Shown: positions 47,586-56,854 of the stretch, one piece after another | Layout of the letters: the number at the start of each line of letters is the position of its first letter | Numbering within the stretch: position 1 is the stretch's first letter | From: Perkinsus chesapeaki ATCC PRA-425 | Lineage: Eukaryota > Protista > Perkinsozoa | Assembly (NCBI GenBank): GCA_013115145.1 | Contig: JAAPAO010000184.1 | Coordinates: 1-56,854 of the forward strand | Length of the DNA: 56,854 bases | Direction of reading: 5' to 3' | Made by a program: the position numbers and the translations under genes | The notes under the pieces: model-generated | Databases searched by the model: none | What the model was told of the DNA's origin: nothing | What the model saw: only the letters and a program-made list of their open reading frames with translations

Positions 47586-48328
47586 TCTTTACAACCCTAT
47601 CCGGAAGTGCTGAGCGAGCACGGCATTGATTGTGCAATTTGTCCCACTACTCCATGGGAGATTTTATGACTTGGTTATTGGTGGGTGATAGTGGCAACCC
47701 GGAAGACAAAGAACAGATGGGACGCATTCGTAACGTACAGTACCCTCTCCTGGACTAATCAGTAGTAGTTCATCAGTTCGGATACCGCTAATGCCGGATG
47801 CCCTCTGTGGAGGAGGAGGGCAATATTCCGACGCATACGATAATGAGGCGCTCAAATGAGGCTCATACTCGTACAGACTCCTATTACCAGGGTTTCACTT
47901 ACCAGGACAGTTTGTCTAGTGTAACCCGGTTCATAGTACACCACAATAGGTTCGGGGTGGCGGTCGGGATACTCATAACTCAACAACAATCTAGATTCAC
48001 ATAAGCACCCAGTATATTAAGTGCCAACATGCTTACTAAGCACACTCAACTACTTCAAAACGATTAATGCCGCCTTCATCCGGCAGTGGGAATCTAATGC
48101 CAAAATCAATGTTACCAGGCAGCACTGCTATGGCTAATAACAAATAGGAGGGCTACTGAGGGAATGTAACAAGAATAGCCGTGACGACACTTAACGATTT
48201 TTTTAGAATCAAAAAATAGGTAGATAACTTATGCCAGCCGAATAACACTTTAGAGTGAATTGGCGAGAGAGATGTATCTGATGATGAAAGCATATCTGCC
48301 AGCACCATGGTGAAGGCTTTACCCATTT

Positions 48329-49654
48329 TCATAACCAATACCAACAAACAGCAGGATCATCAGGAGCGCTGTCACGTGAACGAACCTGAGTGGTCTCGGG
48401 TGGATTGAGAGTCGAGCGGTGGTCGTACATGCCAGACTTGAACTTTGGGTTCGGTGGTATCTCCGTGCCGAATATCCTGTCCCACAGTCTCAGAATAGGC
48501 GCATAGTTCTTCTGACTTCTCTCAGAGTGATGGAGATCATGAATCTAAGCAAGGTGCTCCGAGGAACAACTGTGACATCACCCTCCTACCGGAGCTCCGC
48601 CGCCCAACTCGAACGGCCACAAATTGAAGGGGGACCACCTGCCATGGGGCAGCAGTTCATTACCCACAAGATGATGATGCTCCTACCAGGTGTTATGCCC
48701 GCTGTGCTGCTCCAAAAGCCAGGCTACCCAGATAAAGGCGAAAATGCAGAGTGTCAACCAATGGTGCCTCATCACTAGGGGGTACCAGTAGTACACCATC
48801 AAGCTGCAAGTCTACCATCCGGAGCTCCAAGGGATGCACCTTTGACTGACTTACGTGTTCGAAGGGGTGGATGAGAGCGCTGGTCCAGCTGTAGGGTTCG
48901 TAAAACTGGTGATGCACACTGTGGATGTTACGGTAGAGCCAGGGGATGTGAAACATACGGTGATACCAATACGTGCAGGAATCTCCGACGATCTGATCAT
49001 GAGCCGAGCTGATACCACGGTTAGTCGCTGCAGCTTACGAACGCTAGAGTGATGTCCCTGAAGGCTTCCCAGAGCGTCGGTGCCTCGCTCGGCAAATCAA
49101 TGTGGAGCGGAGTCATGTAGACTCCCAACGATATGAACAAGGTAAAACCGATAGACTGAAATGACAGGCGAAACCTCGGGCACCGTGAATTGGAAGGTGC
49201 ATCACCTGAACAACCGTGTGGAAGAGAAGTGTGCCGATGCTGGGCCATCTCGAAGGCTGAGGAAGCGGAGAGCTGCTACAGCTAGTCGGTGAGTTGGCCT
49301 TGGTTACTTGTATCTTGGTTTCCATGAACTGCGGGATATCGTAAAACAATGTGTAATACGTACAGATGGCTATGTAGGCCACTGTCGCCACAACCTGAAG
49401 TTGTTGTGACTAGGGAGGTCATCTCCTATTGACACCTACCCCAGGGAACAGAGCATTCGATACCAGACCGATGCCTCTCCACTGTTCAAGCTCCAATAGC
49501 TGATCCCACAGCGGCTGCAAGACCAGCGTAATATCCGACTGTAAGGCGAGGGAAGACGTGTCGGCCATGTTAAACGGACAAAAACAGACGACGACCACTG
49601 GCCCACGGCTGGTGAATGTTGGAATAACTCATACAGTAGGTCTTGTTCGAACAT
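48329..49654 (-). CDS. Sterol desaturase/C4-methyl oxidase (fatty-acid hydroxylase family), paralogue 1
   Basis: His boxes HSVHH and HDLHH, IHPFE, and NYAPILRLWDRIFGT. Confidence 0.85.
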
Positions 49655-49675
49655 CTTAATGTTAGACACACATCT

Positions 49676-51025
49676 CTACGTAATAACAGGTACATGTCGC
49701 TTCTCTTTCCGACGTCCTTTGGTCCATGATGTGTCCATTCGATCAACCCTCCATCTGCCATCGATCAACGGCGCCGAAGGTTGCCGTCGAATAGCTATGG
49801 TTCCATCACCCGCAACTTCACCAGAATAAATAAAATGATCATCGTACCCCATAGCGCTCGGTGGGGCACGCCGTCTCCCTCGCTCAACTGGTACGGAGTT
49901 TACCGTACCCACAGTTACGAAGTGGTCCTCCCACCCCTCCTGCAGCGCATCGCCATGCCACTTGTTAGGGGAATGTCGAGGCCGTGGATTTGCCGCAGCC
50001 CCGATGTTCACCCAGTTGTCAGCCCAACCTTCTTGAACTGGTGAGCCGAAAGTCTTATGACCAGGGACGTCCTCGCGGTTCGGCGTCCCAAGTGTAGCAA
50101 AGTGATCGACTTGCATCGTGCGACTCGGTCGTGCATGTCGCTTCTCTTTCTCAACGAACGCTGGCTCGTCCGATACGCCAAGACCGAGCATGTGGTCATG
50201 CCAGCCTTCCTGTGTGGCAGAGGCATGCAGCTTCCCCCTGACCTTCGCCTCGATTCTCGGCTCCACTGCTCCCTGGAAGTGGTCATGCCATCCTTCTTGC
50301 GTCGCTCCATGATGCAGTCTGCTCACAACTCGATCTGTGTCTCTGACCTCGGCAGTTCCTATATTTTCAAAGTGGTCGTGATAGCCTTCAATTGTCGGAG
50401 AGTGATGCAATCTTCCCTCAACTTTTGGTGCAACATCAACCGTGGAGATGTCCTGGAAATGGTCATGCCATCCCTCCTGTGTCGCTGACTTATGCAGCAA
50501 GCCAGTTGGCCTCGGTCCGGTTCCCACCGTGCCTTGGTCGGTAAATTGGTCATGCCACCCTTCCCTTGTCGCCGAGGCGTGCAACATTCCGTGCGACCTG
50601 GACCCAGCTGCCACCGCCCCTTGGTGGGCAAAATGATCGCCGAGCACCTCAGGATGGTGAACCTTGCCCCGAGGGGCCTCTGCCGTGACTGCAAATGTAT
50701 CACTTGCGGTCTTTCCGATATGATCGTGCCACCCCATGACCGTCGGTCGTGCCTTGAGTTTACCCCTGGTGCGCTCGTCAACCTCAGATATCCCCATCGT
50801 GAGCATATGCCCTGCTGTCATATCAACAGCTGCGTTGTTGCCCTTCATTTTCCCCCGTGGCTTTTCCCGCGGGGATGCACTCATTCCCTCAGCCAGCATC
50901 CGACTTTCCATCCACGCCGGCAAAGCAATGTTACGGCCCCCAACTTTGGGGCATGCGTGCTCCAGGAGACTTCCCGCTTTCTTTGGGGCCAACTGGTTTC
51001 GAGACACTTCCTTGAATTCGTTCAC
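49676..51025 (-). CDS. Repeat protein with about 11 copies of a (Q)EGWHDHF motif; start uncertain
   Basis: 449-codon uninterrupted ORF with ~27-30-aa periodic units such as GKLHxSATQEGWHDHF. Confidence 0.75.
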   Translation of the reverse strand: MNEFKEVSRNQLAPKKAGSLLEHACPKVGGRNIALPAWMESRMLAEGMSASPREKPRGKMKGNNAAVDMTAGHMLTMGISEVDERTRGKLKARPTVMGWHDHIGKTASDTFAVTAEAPRGKVHHPEVLGDHFAHQGAVAAGSRSHGMLHASATREGWHDQFTDQGTVGTGPRPTGLLHKSATQEGWHDHFQDISTVDVAPKVEGRLHHSPTIEGYHDHFENIGTAEVRDTDRVVSRLHHGATQEGWHDHFQGAVEPRIEAKVRGKLHASATQEGWHDHMLGLGVSDEPAFVEKEKRHARPSRTMQVDHFATLGTPNREDVPGHKTFGSPVQEGWADNWVNIGAAANPRPRHSPNKWHGDALQEGWEDHFVTVGTVNSVPVERGRRRAPPSAMGYDDHFIYSGEVAGDGTIAIRRQPSAPLIDGRWRVDRMDTSWTKGRRKEKRHVPVIT

Positions 51026-51318
51026 TGTCTCGCTTGTCGGAAGCGTTTCCGTGTCCGAAGTTACCGTAACGAGCCTCGGGGGTCTCCAGAGATGAGGATG
51101 CTAAATCGAAGCACGAAGAATGCGTAAAAGCTCACAACTCGTGATAGTTTCGAAACAGCTGGTGGATTCGAAAAGTTGGTAACGCATAAAAACAGAAATT
51201 AAAGAACATATTGTTGCGGATGTAAACCTGTGAGATCGGCCTCCATTTCTCAAGCACCAAAGTCTCGCACGCTGTCCCACTGTAAAGATTACACATGCCA
51301 CAAGATTCCCAGTAACCC

Positions 51319-52140
51319 TCACATTCGCCTGTGGGCACAACCTGGACGGCATAGCCCAACGAGCTGTTGCGTCGTATACAGTTGCCGGATATCCAAAGTC
51401 CGCCCGGCTTCGCTTGCATAGATAGGCTTGAAGATCGATGATCCATCTGAGCAGGACATCGCTCCGGTAACAGCATCGCTTAGCTGTTCCATTTCTCTAT
51501 ACATGTTGATGAGCGCAGCAGTACGTGTAGACGATACGGTACATATATTCCAGCACAGGCGGGGCGGAAGAAGTATCAGCACACCAAACAAATGCCTTAT
51601 AAAATAACATTTCCGGCGATATCAGCTTATTTGGTAATTGCCCGGTCGATATTCCACTGACATATCCACACACACGAACGTTTTATGAACAGGATGACTA
51701 ATGCTGAGAGCGGAAGGCGAATCGTTCTTACTTTATGATTTCATCTGGCCTCATAGGTATCCTCGGACACTCCACTCGCGGCTCCACCATAGCTTTCAGA
51801 TCCTTCGCTCGCTGTTGCAGCCTTGCCGTAGTTAACAGTTCGAGCTGCTCAAACCTGTAGGAGTCGGATACAAGACGATAAGGCCGTAGCATCTGCCGGC
51901 CTCTCTCAGTAGAGCCCAGAATTCACTCGCCAGGACGACTGAAGACTCTTCGACGGACGGAAGAATCAACGGAAAATTTCGTGGAATTCCCACGGAAGCT
52001 TTTGTCCTCAGCGGCATGACTTCACTCAAGCACTGCGATTTGAAGGCAACAAGAGCAAGACTCACGTCCACAGCTTCACTAAGCGCCCATTCCATATCAT
52101 TTCTGTTTCCACTCGAGTGCTCGCAGACGTTCCCTGGCAC
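51319..52140 (-). CDS. Hypothetical spliced gene fragments
   Basis: Open frames 51832-52140 and 51319-51591 with protein-like composition; no domain recognised. Confidence 0.2.
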
Positions 52141-52622
52141 TCAGAAACTGACGCATTCGATGGAGCCATTTCTGATGGAAAAACGTCTGCCAGGAAAAAA
52201 TAGCGCCCCGTTTTGGTCAAGTTAACGAACACCAGACAGAGGAGGAGAAATCAAAACCGTGAGAATTGTATAATGGTCGAGGGGCCACACGGCCGCGAAC
52301 TCAAAATAAGCTTATTCACGTTTAATCCTTGTCGACGAAAGGCTCAACGAGGACTGTAAGGCGACACATACAACGACACCCACCCCTGCGGCGACAGAAA
52401 CCCACTTTGCCATATTAGCGGTGATGTGCCTGAGTTATATTGTTAATTGACACTACAACCACTTACCCCTCCTCAAAAGCTATACCAGCCCCCAGCATGA
52501 TCAAGAACAGCAGCGTTACGTGGATGTACCTTATCACGACGAAACGTGGAAAACGATGACATGAACTGATGCTGCTGCTATTAAACTATGCAGCAAACAC
52601 ATCAGGTAAAGCAGGGATTTGC

Positions 52623-54330
52623 TTACTTTCCACAGCGGGAGTGCTCACTGGGCACATCCGTCCGGAAGAGTAGGTCCCATGCGTTGAAGATAAAGGCGAA
52701 GTTCTTCCTAGTGTACTTGGAATGATGCAGATCATGAACCTAAAGAGCCCAGAGGTGTTGGTGCCGACCAAGCCATGCAGCACTCGGATGCCGTAGACGA
52801 AGGTTGAACTTACATCAATCATATACGGAAAGAGCGTGATACATAATACAGTATTAACTATCATGAATACAAGTTTAATAACGATATTAGGTCACAATGG
52901 TGAGTGACAATTGGAAGGCAAACGAGCAAGTGAACGATAGAAGAAGGGAAATTCCACGCTGCAGAACAGCCGAGGATGTGAGTTACATAAACAGAGCGAA
53001 TGAGACTGGCCTTACCGCAGCACCTCCACCGAGATTAAATGGTAACAGATTATAGGGGGCCCACCTGAAATCATATCGAGTTGGCGGGAGGAGCGGTATG
53101 AAGTCACTAGCCTCACCAGACATCGTGACCGCTATGTTCCTCAATGAGATTAAGCGTCCATAAAAATGTGAATACATTTACAGTCAACCAATGACACTTG
53201 AACAGCCAGGGGTACCAAATGTTGCATACCACTACGCAAATCTAAAACGGCAAATGAACCAAGCACTCTTTAAGATCCAGAAGCTACACTTAACAGCTGC
53301 TGCCGTTATAGCCAGGCGCGCCCTTGGTGATGCAATGCGGTGTTACGTCGCCCAAAGTGAAAAGACTCGTTTGTGAATGACAACCCGGTAGGAAGTGACT
53401 TCCTATTTGCCCAACGCCAATAATAATAAATGTTCAACGATGGAGCTTTTAGCAAGCTACACTCAAAACGTGGCAACAAATACGAAATCGTTCGATCGGT
53501 TTCCATAATTTGGGGCGCGTGACAAAATCCGAGCTACAGACCGTTCGAAGCTATTACATCTTCCATCGGGTGCAAGATGCCCCCTGCCCAACTGTAAACA
53601 GCTTTATAACCATGATGAATGCTATGCACATTACGCAATAAGAACGGTACTGCATGCATCCACCTATGATACCAATAGATACAGAAATCACCAACGATCT
53701 GACAAAGAAGGCTACAGCCAGTCGACTCCGCCGCCGCCAGCCACGCCTTACCAAGCAGCCCAACAGCTCCTTTGAAAACTGCAGGAGTGATGGGGCCTCT
53801 GCCGGCAGATCCACGAAAACCTCGTAGTAGTATCGTAGGAGCCCATTGAGAACAATGTAGACGAGCATCTGATACCGGATATAAGCATATTGCGACCGAG
53901 ATGCGGACCTGTGGAATGGAGCTCACTATCAAGTCTCGGACAGTTGGCCACTTGAACGGCTAAAAAGATCGTCGATAAATGACCGATCTCCGATGCAGGC
54001 TCACCTGTATCTTAGAGCGCATGTAGTGGGGGATGTCATAGAATATAGTGAAGTATAGGCAGACGAGCAAAAATGCTACACTGGCCCACACCTGCGCAAG
54101 TTCGATCCCGGCATCCGTCGTTTTGCATTTACTGATGGGAATGTGATATGGGATACTATATGGAGGCCCTTCCACTCGTCGAAGCCCCGTATAGTATCCC
54201 AAACACCCTGCAGTACAACCGGCGATGGAGGATCCATAAGCGATCACTTGAAACTGCACGAAAGAGGCACCCTCCAAAGATCGGTTAATTCAAGAAAGTT
54301 TGGTATGAACATCACAAAGTCTGCTAATTC
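52623..54330 (-). CDS. Sterol desaturase/C4-methyl oxidase family, paralogue 2; start approximate
   Basis: HRWMH, HSIHH, LHPMED, GYDFRWAPYNLLPF and HDLHH...NFAFIFNAWDLLF; shares FYDIP...KIQ and VDLPxEAP with paralogue 1. Confidence 0.85.
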
Positions 54331-54499
54331 AGCATAGAACACATCGTCACCGAATTATCATATCGGCGATCCTCCCTTAACCGCCGCCGCTCGAGCCGTC
54401 CGCTGATTGTACTCTAATCGTGTTTGACAAGGTACTCCCCCTTGTACCTATACCACTAACACTAATAGTTCATCATACGCCAAACAAACAGGCTGTTAT

Positions 54500-56400
54500 T
54501 CACTGTCCGCCACCGCCGCCCGCTCTCTGGCACATGCGTGCGCAGCTAATTCCCCCCTGCGAATGTAAGCTAAGTAGGAAGAGGAAGAAGCCTCTGTAGG
54601 CTTCCTTCTCGCCGTCTTGTGTTCATCCGTAAGACGAGGAACAGGCAACACAGGCACAACGTTAAGCGCTATACACCAACATCTCAGAGACCGCACCCAG
54701 GCACCCTTACCGTTAAAAAGGTGTCCTCGTTAGTTCCTGTCGGGCTGATCCTCAAACTCTTGCCCCTTATACTGTCCTTTATCGCCTGTACATTATCTTC
54801 ATATGTTACATCCATATACCTATCCTGCCCTTATCCTCCCTCCGCCTATCGTATACCTTACGTTCTATAACAGCTATTCATGTCTTGAATCTCCAACAAA
54901 GGCATGCCCTTTCGAGGACTCACCGTCGCGTAAGGACATCCTACAAGCATGAAATACATCCCCTCCGAGAGCTCTTAATAATCTTCCAGCCCACCTGCTG
55001 TGCTCGCCATCGGTGGTCGGGCGTTGGGATCCTTCCCTCGACGTCCCTCGAATGGATCTCCTTTACCTTCACCTACTCCATACCACCCACCGATCGTATC
55101 CTGAACAAACAACCACTTGAACACACAAACAAACATCAGGCGAATGTGAAGCAAAATGCACATGTTTCGTACACGTACAGTACGACTCCTCAACGGTGCT
55201 ACCGTAACATTGAGGGAGGCATGTAACAATGTTACGGATATCCAACATAACATATAAAAGGAGACCACCAAATCAATTCCCAACCCCATTGAGGACATCA
55301 ATCATCTCTCCTTTTTAGCAGCGCGCTTCAAAGACGCACCATATCAAAAGGAAGCCCCGGCTCACTCTATAAAGACTGTCCGGTGTAGCACCCAGGTCGA
55401 TGAAAGGAACCTGGCTCTCTTTGGCATCAAAACTCATGGGTATCTTTACAACCTTCGCACCCGCCACAGGCCGACCCTAAACATGACATTCACCCATTAG
55501 CGTCCGGCTCGATCAATATCAGATTTTATCCGTTGAGGCGAAAAACAGGGTGTAAAATCTCCCCCAGCCTGCGCACTGCGAATATTGTGATGAGTAGTAT
55601 CTCGGTGCATATCTTTCGACGGTTTCACGTGACACTCGCTCGACGTTTAAACCGACATAAGTGTATTAAGTTTTGTATAAGGCGCTCTCACAGCCTTGTG
55701 TCCAGTGTCTACTATCTCAGACCCTTCAGCAAGCATATTAGATGAGTAAAGTATCATACAATAGGATAGACCGAAAAAGTCGGACTGCGTTTGTAGCGGC
55801 ATGAATTCGCCACACCGACACAACAGCACGCCATCTCACCTGTGAGTTCTTGCCAGTTCGTCTGACCTCCATCCAGTCCTCAAAGTCTCTTCTATAGAGT
55901 GACCTGATATCCTAAGATAACCGACTTCAACTGGTGGTTAGCCTTACGTAAGTAGATCCTTCCTCAGAGTACCAACATCGATTCCCCTGCGGCATAGAGA
56001 GCTATAGCTCGTCGACGCTGTTGATGAGGATGACCTTCGCCGGTCCCGTCTGAGGTACCGGGTTACCTTGGCGGTGAACAAGTATCTTACTTATCTCGAC
56101 AATGATCACAGCTGCTTCGTCCACTAGCATCACAGTGGCGGCATTTGGCCTATAGAGGGACTGTCGAATGAAAATAACAGCAATAACCGACCTGGGGCGC
56201 GTGACTTTTGCATCGACTGGATTTGTGCTTTCGGTGGTGGTGATGGTGGCGGTGGTGGTGGTGATGGCGTCTAAACAGGTGACAGAGCACGTTATTTACC
56301 AGGTGACTATACAGCGACAGGAAAGTAGACCAACTGAATGTTGAATAATTACTGTGTATACTTATGTATCCCTTTATATGTATAAGCAGATGTAATAGCA
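54500..56400 (-). CDS. Hypothetical spliced gene(s) with a CxxC pair and a His-rich stretch
   Basis: Fragments KCRHCDASGRSSCDHCRDK and RHHHHHRHHHHHRKHK; structure not resolved. Confidence 0.25.
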
Positions 56401-56854
56401 ATTAAGTATCATTTGAGCATGCTGGTTAAACGACAAACGATAATACAAAATCAATGGTTAATACGAAATACTATGTTAAATACACCACAGCAATAAAGTC
56501 CATCATCAAGTACACATAGCAGTTCCCGGCAAATACCATCGATAGCTTATATAGCAACTACAACACCGCGGAGTAAAGATTGTACAATGCTATATATTAT
56601 TAATACTTTAATTAATGCTATTAATTTAATCCTTACTTCTCAGCAAGACTTCTACCGCCCTCAACTACACCATTAATGACCTCACATAGAGGTGGTGTCG
56701 GTGGCGGCATATCATTTATCATTCCGTTACTATCAATCAGCGATCTCATACCAATCATAGACTAATCCGTGCTGATACGACTTGTTAAGATGTTCCGTTC
56801 ATTCTCTTGACGCAACTCGTTGATGGATGCAGGCATAATGAATGAGTGAGTAGG

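Noticed and set aside
50057-51127. Long plus-strand ORFs opposite the His-repeat gene
   Set aside because: Antisense shadows of the repeat ORF

Overview
Gene-dense eukaryotic genomic DNA with many short (~40-60 nt) GT-AG introns. A perkinsid/dinoflagellate-type spliced leader (SL) points to a Perkinsus-like alveolate (taxon inferred). Host genes include ALG11, a cyclic-nucleotide-binding ion channel, a HAD-fold protein, a MYND+Aha1_N protein, EB1, a J-domain protein, CPSF3/YSH1, an amino-acid transporter, tRNA-Val(AAC), a ubiquitin-like protein, folylpolyglutamate synthase and two sterol-desaturase-family paralogues. The centrepiece is an intact, apparently very young 7.0-kb LTR retrotransposon on the minus strand (21566-28576), with identical 396-bp LTRs, a 4-bp TSD and one 2004-aa Gag-PR-RT-RH-IN ORF of Bel/Pao type. 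The most striking observation is that each LTR carries, in the element's sense orientation, a 21/22 match to the Perkinsus 22-nt spliced leader, followed directly by a GT splice donor. This suggests a retrotransposon that has captured the host trans-splicing leader. Other leads are two small cysteine-rich defensin/toxin-like peptides, clusters of stacked palindromes, a His-Asp-His repeat protein and recurrent intron motifs around CPSF3. Exon boundaries were read by eye and are approximate.
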